Positions 1 to 20,070 of a DNA stretch of 64,000 nucleotides are shown one piece after another. This DNA is from the human T2T-CHM13v2.0 reference genome, Homo sapiens: assembly GCF_009914755.1 (NCBI RefSeq), contig NC_060934.1. One strand, written 5' to 3'. The notes under the pieces were generated by a model, which was not told the DNA's origin, made no database searches, and worked only from the letters and a program-made list of their open reading frames with translations. Numbering within the stretch: position 1 is the stretch's first letter; each line of letters opens with the position of its first letter. A program made the position numbers and the translations under genes.

Positions 1-4172
<4,172 letters not shown>

Positions 4173-4174
4173 TC

Positions 4175-5810
<1,636 letters not shown>

Positions 5811-7739
5811 TCTTCTTAACTTGGAGCAGATGCTATAGAAGACTCTCAATAGTGAACTGAGGACCAAAATTATCCAGAAGCCTCTACATGGTGAAGGAAA
5901 GATTAGGGAACCAGGCAGGTTATTTACTGGTACTAGGTGTATTTTGGAAATTTCCTAAAGAGTTGTTACCTCTGGGGGTGAGGGTACTCCCTACTGCCAT
6001 GCAGGCCTCAATTTCCAAATGGTTCAGTCAAAAGACTGGATTTAGAGGATTAGAATTCCAAGAAATCCAAAGGTTCAGGAACAGAGGCAGCCAGGGCAGG
6101 ACTCCAGACAGCTCTATGTAGACCAGGCCCTGGAGGAGAGTTGAAGGTTATGTGTTGTTTCCACATTGACCTAAAGCAATGGAGACTGGCTTAGACTCTT
6201 ACTGCTATTCAATCCTTCCTTTAAAGGGCCAGTGTCCTCTTTTGATGAAGGCTCCCACAGAACTGACTAGGAAGGGCCATTCAATGGCTTAGGGCCAAAG
6301 TCCTTTTGGTTGTACACATGAGCTGGTGTGTTCTCAAGTGGGTATATAGCAAAGGGTTAAATACATGAGCTTTGCTCTCAGGGCTGGGATTGAAATCTGA
6401 GTCTTACTATTTCTATCTGGGTAAACCTGGTTGAGTTTCTTATCCTCTGAGCATGAGTCATTCTGTTTTTGAGACGGTCTCACTCTGCTGTCCAGGCTGG
6501 AGTGCAGTGGTGTGATCACGGCTTCCTGCAGCCTCGACCTGCTGGGCTCTGAGCATCAGTTTTGTTACTTCTACACACCTTGTAGTGTTCTTTTGTTGGG
6601 CGGGGGTAGGGGGTGACATAGGATAATGCAGGGTAAGCCTTGGCACAGTGCGTGGCTCAGTGAGTGGAAGATGCTATTTTGGACAGAACCCTGAGCTTCC
6701 CAGAAAGCTTACAGACTCTCTTGAGGACATTGTGTGCCATGGGATGTTCCTTGGAACCAAGGCACTCATATTAGCATCATATATAATACAAAATAACTAA
6801 GTAGAAATGTCTGGCCATTCCCTCATATTCTGAGAGTCTTCTGTTTGTTTGCACTGTGTGGCCATGAGGCCTTTGTTCTGGTGTGATGATGTTGGCACTT
6901 GGGGTAGATGCCAGTGCAAGAACTCAGTCATTTGACTTAAAAAGGGGAGTAGGGGACAGGGAGGAAGAGGGGAAAGCTCGGCAGTAGAAAAATGGGTGGA
7001 GAGGAATATTGAGGGAGAGTTGGACTGATGCCGGAAGAAGTAGAAGTCTTGTGTCGATGTTGAAAAGCAATATTTCCAGAAAGTTCTGCCTTAGATGTCA
7101 TAGGTGGGGTTGTCGTCTTTCATACCCACAAGAAATCTTCCGTAAAGGTCTGTACTACTCTTCATGGCTTTGAAGTAGGTTTTGTGCTTTAAGAAAGTGT
7201 TCTGGATGCATAGAGATGTTGAGATAGGACAGTAAGGCAAGAGGACAGTGGCTGAATCTTTTTCTTACCTATATCTGATGTGATTCCTTCACGCTAACCT
7301 CCTGCTGGATCTGCAGAGCTGGAAGGGTAATTTGATGGTGGGTGCTTTGGGTGGAGAGGGTGCTGTGGGAGCAGTGGGTACAAGCTGGTAACAACCAGCT
7401 CCTACAAGACACAAACTCCATCCAGGACTGTATTTCCGGGTTCTTCTTCCTCGTGGCTTGAATCAAGAGGGGAACATAAGGGGTCAATGATTTGACCCAC
7501 AGTGAACTCAGTAGTAAGCACCAAGCCTGCTGAAATGCTTTGCATGTATTTTTTCCCCTTTCCGGCTGGATGGTCCATTGGCACCCATCACTTCTCTGCT
7601 GTCTCCTAAGCTAGAAACCTGGGATCCATATATCCTAGATACATAGATAGGTTATCTAGAATAGTAAGGGCTTGTAATCCTAGGCCCTTACTACTCCTCT
7701 ATCAAGAATGGGCAGGTGTGTTGCCTTGAGCAAATGTTA

Positions 7740-8170
7740 GTCACATGAGTGTCCATAGTGGTCTCAGGCATTCTCGTGAAGCTTCTATGCTACAGGCAGG
7801 CCTGGGGGCAAGTGTGCAGCTACCAGCCTGGAGTCTGGGGCTGTGAGGACCTGCTGGGCACTGGGTTTTACTGGGGTAGTGCTGAGGTCCAAGGTTGAAT
7901 CTGGGACTCGCTTCCCTCTCTTTCCCCCCATGCAGAGGGTGTTCCGATGTGTGCTGCGCTGCCTGCGGCTGAGGGAGGGGTTGGCACAGGTCCTGTGAAC
8001 ATGTCCTCCCTGCCCTCTCCAATGCATCTTTTCTTAATATTTGCATGCAACACCCAGGTGCTGTCATCTCTCACATGGTTTTCTTAGCGCTTAGGGTATT
8101 TTCATGCACAGATAGTTTAAGATGTTTCCATGGGGGGACAAGCACTGAAAGTCCTCCTCCAGTATCTCGC
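7740..8170 (-). mobile_element. Possible ancient L1M 5'-end fragment
   Basis: By-eye resemblance to L1M 5'UTR sequence; strongly diverged. Confidence 0.35.
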
Positions 8171-8814
8171 AGCTGTCCTGTTGCAGCATGGTGCATGTAT
8201 TAACTCACGGAATCTTCCTATCAACTCTACAAGGTGGATGCTATTACTATCTCTACCTCAACCAGGGAACTGAGACAGAGGTGGGTACGTTGCCAAGGTC
8301 ACAAAGCTGCCAAGTGTCAGAAGCCAGACAGTCTGGCTCCAGAACAAGGTGTACAGACTCAGCCTGAGCCTGCAGGCCCGAGTTTCAATTCACAACCCCT
8401 CAAAAACTTGATATATGACTTGGGTGAGTACGAATGTCTCTGGACCCCATTTTCCTAGTCTATCACATGAGAGTAGCATAGGTGACTTATCAGCTGCTTT
8501 CCTGCAGCCTACCCAATTCAGTGATTTCTATTCCTTAACAACACTGGGTGATCGCTTTACTGTCACCCACCATACTGTCCTCAATCCCACCTCTGCCACT
8601 AGCCCTGCCACTTCCTTCCCTGCCCCCAACTGCCTGAGCTGCTGCTCCGTGACCTTGTTAGATAACCTTGTGTATCAGTGTCCACATCTGCAATATCAGG
8701 GAAATACTTATCCCCTAGAGATCCCAGCTCTTCTGTTTCGTTAGAATTTCACAGGACAAGATGAAAATAGAGGCAGTCACCTGCAGCATGGACATATTTT
8801 GAGTATACAGAGAT

Positions 8815-9169
<355 letters not shown>

Positions 9170-9325
9170 TAGCCTCTCCCATTCTCCCAGATCTGGACAT
9201 CACTCATTGTCAAGAAGGCCTCCCCAGAAGCCCAGGAAAAACGTTCAGCTTAAACAAACAAACAAAAAAACCCGTTCAGCTTAAACATGGAAATCAAGAA
9301 AACATCCAAGGCCATTAGAAATGCT

Positions 9326-9331
9326 TTTATT
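9326..9331 (-). terminator. Polyadenylation signal AATAAA of DNMBP
   Basis: TTTATT on the + strand; U/GU-rich downstream element (tttttttgtttgtttgttt on the minus strand) at ~9250-9270. Confidence 0.8.
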
Positions 9332-10021
9332 TATAAAAGAACTACTTAAATATAAACATCTCTACATAGAAACACTCTTCACAAAAGGACTCTTGCATTA
9401 CTGCCTTCTGACCACGACCAGCAGACACTGTGGATGTAAGGACTCCACGGTGTCTCCCGACTCCCAGGATTTTAAGGCTAAATGTGCACTTGGAGGGAAC
9501 AGGGGCTGTAAGGCTATTTCTTCCCTTTCTTTTAAAAGACAAATTTCATGGTTTCCCATTCCAAGATAGGCTTCATAGCTGGGGAAGATCTTAAGATTCT
9601 TGGTCTAAGGGGTAAGCAAATATCTTCCTGAGACTGGGAGGTATGATCAGGCACTTGGGAATCTGGCTTTGAATGTCATCTCTGAAGCATGGAAGTTAGT
9701 GGTGAAAAAAATCTTATTTCCAAGTCTAGGATAAGCTACTTCTGGAATGGCTTATCCCAATTCAAGTAAGTCACAGGTGTTATGTTGTCTGCATCTATGG
9801 ATGTAACTAAACAGTCATTAGGGTGCTTGGATGAAGAAGAAAGACATCCAGTCTTCCATTAGGCTCAACTGGTTTCAGCTCAAAGCAGAACTAATACTTT
9901 TAATGGAATGGCTGGAGCTCTCATACTGTTACTCTAGGAAAATCTATCAATTATTGAGTCCAGGGCAGGGGGGCCACCAGACATCACAGACTGTGTAAAG
10001 ACCATCAGAAAGGTGTCATTG

Positions 10022-10139
10022 AGGTTGCGGTATGGTGGCTTACACCTGTAATCTCAGCAGGGAGGCGGGAGGGTTGCTTGAGCCCAGGCGTTTAAGACCA
10101 GCCTGGGCAACATAGCAAGACCCCATCTCAAAAAAAAAA
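10022..10139 (+). mobile_element. Alu monomer (FLAM-like) in the DNMBP 3'UTR, antisense to the mRNA
   Basis: ggtggcttacacctgtaatctcagc...gaccagcctgggcaacatagcaagaccccatctc followed by an A tail. Confidence 0.88.
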
Positions 10140-10885
10140 GGGGGGGGGCAGTGATTGTACCTAACAAGGGAAGAGAATCTTTCAGATGAAGGGTCAACAG
10201 AAAATAAAGACCCTAAACACTTCTAAAAGTAGAACGCAGTTGAATTTTGCATAACTAATCTGGGAATGGAGTAAAAGAAACAAGGTTACAGAATGTAGTG
10301 CTTTAGGGACTTTAGAAATTAGGGGCAGTATGTATGAGAATGTGTGCTGGACACTGGAGGTGTCCCAGGAGCTTTGAAGCACTAGGTTTGGTTCAATCCC
10401 GACAAACTCCCAGCCATGTGCAAGCACTGCCTCACGGGGTGCCCAGAGCCATGAATTCTTTTCATCTGAGTTGGCATCCGGTCAGCTGAGCATGGAACAT
10501 GGGGCCACCCCAAACGCCGTACAGCACAACCATTACCAACACTGTCTATTGCTAGAGCACAGCTTCCTGCATACATAGGACACTGGGCTTCTGACTGCAA
10601 GTTTCTCCTTTCCAAAAGCCAGCTCCAAGACTTGTCTCTCTTCTCATAGTCACTAAGTCATTTGCAAAGCCCCAGGGTCCATTTCAAATTCTAGAGATTC
10701 TAGTGAGCATCAAGGTTTACAACCCAATCGAGGAGAACAAGATCTGTGGTGTGCTCCACCATGCCATGGTTAAGCAACGCAGACAGGGCCTGTGTCTCAG
10801 GAGCAGGCGCCCTCTCGGTGGGCCGCCAGAACCCTCGGCGGACTGAAAGCAAAGGCAGCAAGGCTGGGTGGCAGGCAACGTGGGC

Positions 10886-11071
10886 TCAGGTGTACTCGGT
10901 TTTGCGGATATAATTGGAGGGAACGTAGCCCTTCTTCCCGTTAACCTCAGCTAACCACCACTCTGTATTTCCTGTAACATCTTTAAACTCGAGGATCTTG
11001 AGTTTCTGATTGGCTGACACGCTCAGCTCATTTGGGTTTCGTGCCTTGAAGGTGTAGACAGCAAAATAGAC
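10886..11071 (-). CDS. DNMBP: DNMBP last coding exon (17): C-terminal SH3 and TGA stop
   Basis: acacag|GTC TAT ...; [18 protein letters not shown]...[25 protein letters not shown], with the canonical SH3 WW and GxxPxNY motifs. Confidence 0.97.
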   Translation of the reverse strand, partial: VYFAVYTFKARNPNELSVSANQKLKILEFKDVTGNTEWWLAEVNGKKGYVPSNYIRKTEYT

Positions 11072-11159
11072 CTGTGTGAGGGAGAGAGAGAAAATGGGAA
11101 ATTGCTGGGAGCAATGCCATCCAACAGCTTCGTGCGGTGTTGGGGAGGGTTCCACATCC

Positions 11160-11292
11160 ACATGCCCACATGTGGCTACTGAGCCCCTGAAATATGGCCA
11201 GTGAGACAGAGGAACTGAATTTTTAATCTTATTTAATTTTAACTAAAATAAATTTAAATAGGTACATACGGATGATGGCTACCATAATAGGG
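11160..11292. mobile_element. MER3/MER33-like hAT DNA transposon fragment
   Basis: ccacatgtggctactgagc...gaggaactgaatttttaat...atggctaccata pattern. Confidence 0.55.
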
Positions 11293-12713
11293 ATGATTAA
11301 AAGAAAACACCAATTTGGCCGGGCACGGTGGCTCATGCCTGTAATCCCAGCACTCTGGGAGGCTGAGATGGGTGGATCACCTGAAGTTGGGAATTTAAGA
11401 CCAGCCTGGCCAACATGGTGAAACCCCACCTCTACTAAAAATACAAAAATTAGCCGGGCGTGGTGGCACACACTTCTAATCCCAGCTACTCACGAGGCTG
11501 AGACAGGAGAATTGCTCCAACCCAGGATGCAGAGGTTGCAGTGAGCCAAGATCGCGCCACTGGACTCCAGACCCTGGGCGACAGAGTGAGACTCTGTCTT
11601 GGAACAAACACCAATTTGGGAGGCTGAGGGCAGATCACTAGAGGTCAGGAGTTTCAGACCAGCTGGTCAACATGGTGTGAAACCCCATTTCTACCAAAAA
11701 CACGAAAAATAAGCATGATGGTGAACACCTGTGATCCCAGCTACTCCAGAGGTTGTGGCAGGAGAATTGCCTGAACCCAGCAGGCAGAGGTTGCACCACT
11801 GCACTCCAGCCTGGGCAACAGAGCAAGACTCCATTTTAAAAAAACTACCTTTTCAGTCTTTTAGAATTGCTTTAAAGGGTGGAAGACGAGCATACTCTTC
11901 CATACCTCCAACACAAATTATGAAAAAGAAAAACCAGAAAACCACAACCAACTTCAAAGAAAAGTTGATCTTTAGATGCCACAAACAAAGATCTCATGAT
12001 CTAATGCCCATGGAAGGGAGGAGCTCAGGGAGGAGGAGAAGCCATGAGGCCCATGGGGGCCAGAGGGAGGGACACGTGCCCCAAGGGCTGGAGCTTTAGG
12101 ACCTGGTCAGGGACTGGAGCTGAGACTACAACTACATTCCCTGCTCGAACTCAATCTAAGAAAGGTCCTTCTTTTCCCTTTGATGTGTCTATAATAACTG
12201 TCTGCTTGGTAGGCCCAGAATGGGGATGTTTGACCCGGGAAGTAGGTAGTAAGAGAAATCACCAGAAAAACGAGCATGCACAAAGCTCGGCTATGGCACT
12301 GAGGAATGTGCTATGGGAAGCCTGAACTGAGAAAGTGGGTAAAAACTGGACTCTTAGAATCCAGACAGTGGCAGAGGCAGCACCTCTACAACCCAGGACA
12401 CGACTGGGCCTTCCCATGAGGGCAAATCCTTCTGGAGATGAGCTCGCAGACAAACCTGACAGTCAACACAGGAAGATGCTCCACTGAAGAGCGAGCAAAG
12501 GCAACAAACGGTGCAGCAAAGACTCTGCAGCTGTGAATCTGAAAATGGCTTTAAAGCATACAGGTTAGTTCAAGATATGGCCAGGTGTGGGTGGCTCACG
12601 CCTGTAATCCCAGCAAATTGGGAGGCCAAGGCAGGCAGCGAGGTCAGGAGATCGAGACCATCCTGGCCAACATAGGGAAACCCTGTCTCTAATAAAGTAG
12701 TCCCAGCTACTCA

Positions 12714-13263
<550 letters not shown>

Positions 13264-13556
13264 TTATACAACTGAAGAATTAGTGAACTGGAAGAATAAT
13301 GAAGTTGTCATTATAGCACCTTTTAAACACCCAGTGACACAGAGGGGTCCAGGAATAGCCTGTGAAGTATCAGCAGGGGAAGGTGCTCAGAAGGCTCTGA
13401 TGGCAGAGATTCCTTGTGTGCTTGAAAGGTGTGTCTGTGAGCTCATCTCAGATCACCCCTAGGCCTCAGGCAAGCCACTTCTGCCTCACCCCCGCTGGTA
13501 CCCACAACACATCTGCTGCCGCCTGTGCCACAGTGGCAGGCCTCTTACGCACTCAC

Positions 13557-14107
13557 CTGGTTGCCTTCTGCCTCACTGCCATCTGGCTCTGTACTTCTGT
13601 CTTCCGGAGCCTGGGCTGTTCTTGCACATCCTTTGACGAGGTCTTGACTTTGCCCATTTCGTCCTGGTACGGAGTAGCCAACTATTTCTGGATGCCTGAA
13701 GTTCCGGTAGCTCCTCGGCGTGGCAGTGGGTTGCTTTACATCTCTAGCTACATCTGCAGAGTCCCCTGACCTTGGCTGGGAGGTAGAGTCTGGGTCTGAA
13801 GGGCATCTGGAAGGACTACTCTCTGAATTACTCGGATTTAGGGATGCACTGAGAGTTCCTTGGTCCCATTCTTTTGGCGGAGGAGATGCATCTTGAGGCT
13901 GCTTCTGGCAAGACCCCGAGGTAAAGGATACAGCCATGCTGCTGGGGTTGAAGGTCAGGGTGCTGCCGCTGTTCTGGCGTGGGAACCTGGGGGAGGAGCT
14001 GCCGTGCTCAGACTCTGTGGAGGAGTGGCTACCCACGGAGGCATCGGAGTGGCTGCGGCGAGGATTGTAGGGCTTTAGGAAAGAGCTGTACACGAAGCCT
14101 TTGGTGA
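13557..14107 (-). CDS. DNMBP: DNMBP exon 16 (551 nt), end of SH3 plus Ser/Pro-rich linker
   Basis: tgtag|TC ACC AAA ... AAC CAG|gtgagt; [14 protein letters not shown]...EAEGNQ; lies within ORF 13545..14135. Confidence 0.96.
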
Positions 14108-14867
14108 CTACAAAGGAAACAGGAAATATAAACAAGAACTCTTAGCAGAAGGCTGGACAGACAGAGGGAGCATTGAGAGAAAAAAAACTGATCTAGGTTA
14201 TTCATCTGTAAAATGAAGAGTAAAACAAAAACTCAAAAGCCAGGCCAATAGTGAGAGACACAAAATAAAATGCCTAGTGACAAAGCGGCTTGGAACACTC
14301 AGTCCCAGGATGTGATGTGTGTAGGTAGAGATGAAGAGCCGCAGCTGCCTGCCGGTTCATTCATGTTCACAACCTCACAACAGATGCATGCTCAGGAGGC
14401 CCATGGCCAACTGAGAAGACAGCAATGAAAACAATCCATGTCTGGGAACCGGCATGGGAAGAGAATGTCATAGGACACTGAGATCATGCCTAAGAGGAAG
14501 GCTTGATTAAGCCTATGTTCAAATACAGCAAGTGTGGAAAAGACCGAGTTAAGAACCAGCCTCGGCAGCGCACGGGAGCTCACGCCTGTAATCCTAGCTC
14601 TTTGGGAAGCTGAGATGAGAGGATTGCTTGAGCCCAGTTCCCTGGTCAACACAGCGAGACTTCATCTCTATTTGAAACAAAACAAAACAAACTGGGTACA
14701 GTGGCTCATACCTGTAATCCAGGCACTTTGGGTGGCTGAGGAGGGCAGATCACCAGAGGTCAGGAGTTCACAACCAGCCTGGCCAACATGGTGAAGCCCC
14801 GTCTCTATTAAAAATACGAAAATATTAGCCGGATGTGGTGGTGCGCACCTGTAATCCCAGCTACTCA

Positions 14868-14972
<105 letters not shown>

Positions 14973-15634
14973 TCAAAAAAAAAGCCTCAGCTCAAGAAGC
15001 CCCTCCATAGACCTCCCTGCCCTCTTTCCCACCAGGACACGTGAATCCTTTGCTCTGAGAGTCTGGATATACTGGAAGGATGTTCTAACGTAGGAAACTG
15101 TTTGTTAGAATATACACGTAACGTGTACTGCACATGGTTCACTTTAATAAATTGCCCAAGATGACCAAGGGGGCTTTCAGCTAAAACTCAAGTATAAATT
15201 AGGGATTGCGTGAGCATCCACGTGACAATTTTTCATAACACTGTCAAGGCACAGACCCAGAGTATGTAGCCTCCATGAGAACAATGGCCATTACTCTATT
15301 GATCTTTGATGCATTTCCTGTACCTGACAGCTGATCTGAATACTGTGGCTTCCTGCTACCACTTCTCAAGTTTGAGTAGATAAAAACTGAAGGATGGAGC
15401 AGTTTCTTAAACAGCTTGGGACTTTAGGTCCATCTGTCTCTGACCCCAGCAGTAGCTGTCACCTGATGTCACCCTAACAGGCTCCATCCTCTGTCCTTCG
15501 TGTCCCACTTTTAATCTCTCGTTCTGTGTAAGCAGAAGTGGGGAGAAAAAAAATCCACAAGATGCTTTTAAAGAAACCAAGAAATGTGACATTTTTCAGT
15601 TCTGGGTGGTGAATACATAATGTCTGTCTAGATA

Positions 15635-16965
<1,331 letters not shown>

Positions 16966-17403
16966 TATTATCCCTTGTACACTTACTTAAATTCTGTAAA
17001 TCACTCTCCCTCCAAAAAAGTTGTAAGCTGTTTTTAAAGTAATTCCCTAAATAGTCATGAGGTAAAACTGTCATGGGGAGAAGAAAGCAAATGAAATCCC
17101 ACAGGTTTTTAATTTCCACAAGACAAATTCATGGAAACTGGAAGAGGTGCTGGGTGCGGTGGCTCACACCTATAATCCCAGCATTTTAGGAGGTCCAGGC
17201 AGGAGGACGGCTTGAGCCTAGAAGTTGGAGACCAGCCTGGACAACATGGCAAGACGTAATATCTATAAAATTATTAAAAAATTAGCTGGGCATGATGGCA
17301 TACCTGTAGTCCCAGCTAGGACAGGAGGATCCCTTGAACCCAGGAGTAATAAGCTATGATTGTGCCACTGCACTCCAGCCTGGATAACAGAGCAAGACTG
17401 CCA

Positions 17404-17444
<41 letters not shown>

Positions 17445-17781
17445 AAAGAGGGCAGCTTATTTTGTGGCATACTGGGAACAGGCTAAGAAGGAACAGGATT
17501 CCGTGAGGCAGGACTTCCTGCCTGTAAGTGCTGTAAGATATGGCAAGAGCTTGCATGATAAGCAACGGTGTCTCCTCTGGAATTTGTCAAAACAAAAAGA
17601 GGTTTTGTTTCAGTAATGATCTTCACTCTCTAGAGAAGGTTAAGGTTATTTTTCAGGTTATTTTTCCCCTTAATCAAAGATACTTTTTGCTTTTTTTTCC
17701 TGGCCTAGTCCAGATTCGGGTGCAGCCAAAACTACTATTTTTTTTTTCCAGTTACAGTCCTCTGCTGCTTAAAATTCTTAC

Positions 17782-17980
17782 CTCCATTGTCAATCAGCCA
17801 GCGGTTCTGGCTGCCCATGGGGTCTTTTTTCTTAATCACACCCACCAGGTCACCTTCCAAAAGTGAGACATCCAAGTCTTGAGCAGCATTGAAGTTCCGT
17901 TCTGCCTGGAAGAGTTTTTCAGGGGGATACCTGGCCAGGAGGGAGGCCCGGAGTTCTTCTGACTGTAGCATGTAACTTGG
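17782..17980 (-). CDS. DNMBP: DNMBP exon 15 (199 nt), penultimate SH3 domain
   Basis: ttcag|CCA AGT TAC ... AAT GGA G|gtaaga; [44 protein letters not shown]. Confidence 0.96.
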
Positions 17981-19457
17981 CTGAAAGGTAAGACGTTAAC
18001 AAAAATCTCTCAGTGGCCACTACCCCAGCAGCCATATTTCATCCCAACATGTGGCCAGTCTCAGAAATGAGGCAGGGACAGTCAGTCACTGCCCATCTCA
18101 CTCCCATCAGATGTTTTTGTGATGAAGCCAGCCCATGTGGCTAGGTAAAAATCAAGAGCCCTTAGGCAATGTTTGATGCCTTTATAGTTAAGAAAATTTA
18201 ACACACACCTATTCTTACATTTGTTTTCTTGTGACAAACGTGATTAAAATGCCACTTAAAAAAAATCAAAATATCTAAGTGATATTAGTAGGTCTTCTTG
18301 TATTTTGTTAGGGACATTCTCGGTTAGGTTCATCTATCTTGACTTCCCCACCTGTGAAAGCAAGGAAGTCATAAGAAAAAAGGTAATAATAAATTCAGGC
18401 TGGGCATGGTTGCTCACACCTGTAATCCCAGCACTTTGGGAGGCCAAGGTGGGCAGATCACTTGAGGCCAGGACTTGGAGACCAGTCTGGTCAACATAGC
18501 GAAACCCTGTCTCTACTAAAAATACAATACAGGCATGGTAACGCATGCCTGTAATCCCAGCTACTCAAGAGGCTGAGGCAGGAGAATCACTTGAACCTGG
18601 GAGGGTGGAGGATGCAGTGAGCCAAGATCAGACCACTGCATTCCAGCCTGGGTGACAGAGCAAGGCTCTGTCTCAAAAAATCATAATTCTCCCTTTTAAG
18701 GTAATATAAATTAATGTCTATGGGATCATATGGGGCAAAAATATTGTAAGCAAAGATGTATCAGCAGTCCTCTAGCTGGTGTGCCTTATGCTAATTTTTA
18801 AAATATGGAAGAACTGAGGTTAAAAAAGACTAACTCCAGGTAAAAAAGGCAGCCAACCATTAACTGTTTAGCTGTATTACTTTTATGAATACATCATAAA
18901 AAATAGGCCTGGCAGAATTAATATACCCTTAAATCAGTTTCCTGAATTAATGAACCAATGAATTAATACTGGGTTAATCCCCTCCCCCCCACAAAAAAAG
19001 CCTGGGGATGGTGGCTCATGCCTGTAATCCCAGCACTTTGGGAGGCTGAGGCGGACAGATCACAAGGTCAAGAGATCGAGACCACCCTGGCCAACATGGT
19101 AAAACCCCATCTCTACTAAAAAATAGAAAAATTAGCTGGGCGTAGTGGCGTGTGCCTGTAGTCCCAGCTACTTGGGAGGCTGAAGCAGGAGAATTCACTT
19201 GAACCCAGAAGGCGCAGGTTGTAGTGAGCCAAGATCACACCACTGCACTCCAGCCTGGCAACAGAATGAGATGAGACTCTGTCTCAAAAAAAAAAATGGC
19301 GAATGCATGAGCCCATGATGGGTGAGAATGCAACACTATTCTCCATTTATTATGAAATACAGAAACTCCAATAGTGGGATCTGGGCCTGGGGGCCTGGCT
19401 GCAGGGTTCCCCCTCTTTACCCCGAGGCGGGGCTGCTGCTCTCAGTTCCCTACTCAC

Positions 19458-19637
19458 CAGGCCCAGGAGTGGCTTTCGAGCAGACTGGCGGTCAATGGTT
19501 TTCCTCTCAAACGGCTTCTTGGTAGCTGGAAGAGACTCCGGGAAGAAGGTAAAAACCTGGAGTTGCTGCAGAACTCTGCTGTGCTCTTCGTGGAAGATGG
19601 CAATAAGGTTTCCCTCTCTGCCAGCCACTTTGAGTAA
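19458..19637 (-). CDS. DNMBP: DNMBP exon 14 (180 nt)
   Basis: cccag|TTA CTC AAA ... GGC CTG|gtgagt; LLKVAGREGN...ARKPLLGL. Confidence 0.95.
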
Positions 19638-19663
19638 CTGGGGTCCATGGGAAGAGCAGAGAT

Positions 19664-19727
19664 AGAGAAAAGAAGAAAACACGATAAAAGATCCCAGAGA
19701 AAAGAAGAAAACATGATGAAAGATCCC
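19664..19727. repeat. 2 x 32-bp tandem duplication
   Basis: agagaaaagaagaaaacacgataaaagatccc / agagaaaagaagaaaacatgatgaaagatccc (2 mismatches). Confidence 0.95.
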
Positions 19728-20070
19728 GGATTGACAGTCTCCTTAGAACCACTGGAAGCTAAAGTTCAGCTGCAGCTCATTCTCTGAGCTACCGACACAG
19801 CAGCCTGATGCAAGACACAAGTTCTCCAGGGCACTGCCTGCGGGCCAGGTTGGCTGGCTCTTCTGGGAACTGCTCAAGAGGGAAAAGATGTTTCAGAAGC
19901 CACAGGCTTCATGACACCATCAAGGGATTAAGATTTCCTGAGGGATGAACTAGCGACACATTCAGTTTATCTAATTCAGATAATTTTTCAAACCATGCTA
20001 CCATTTTTCCCAGAAAAATACCAGGCAAAGGCTATAGATGACCATCCCACTGAACAGGTAAGAAACTCAC

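Larger units (their letters stand above)
9310..10885 (-). other. DNMBP: DNMBP 3'UTR (~1.6 kb; cleavage site approximate)
   Basis: Mostly unique sequence between the stop codon and an AATAAA, followed by a U/GU-rich tract. Confidence 0.8.

Noticed and set aside
5830-6340. ORF 5888..6121 as a gene
   Set aside because: Short and unsupported; PTAMQASISKW loosely resembles ERVL pol remnants, so a decayed retroviral fragment is more likely, but too weak to list as a feature.
7030-7260. Faint echoes of bornavirus nucleoprotein motifs (FSHC, FKxM, NPxxxI, W...TxDF) suggesting an EBLN
   Set aside because: The by-eye alignment needs a frameshift and three separate 2-aa gaps with few identities; compatible with chance. 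Only a profile search could rescue it.
13416-14078. Plus-strand ORFs overlapping exon 16 (also those over exons 7, 9, 11, 12 and 14)
   Set aside because: Shadow antisense frames of real coding exons; no independent support.
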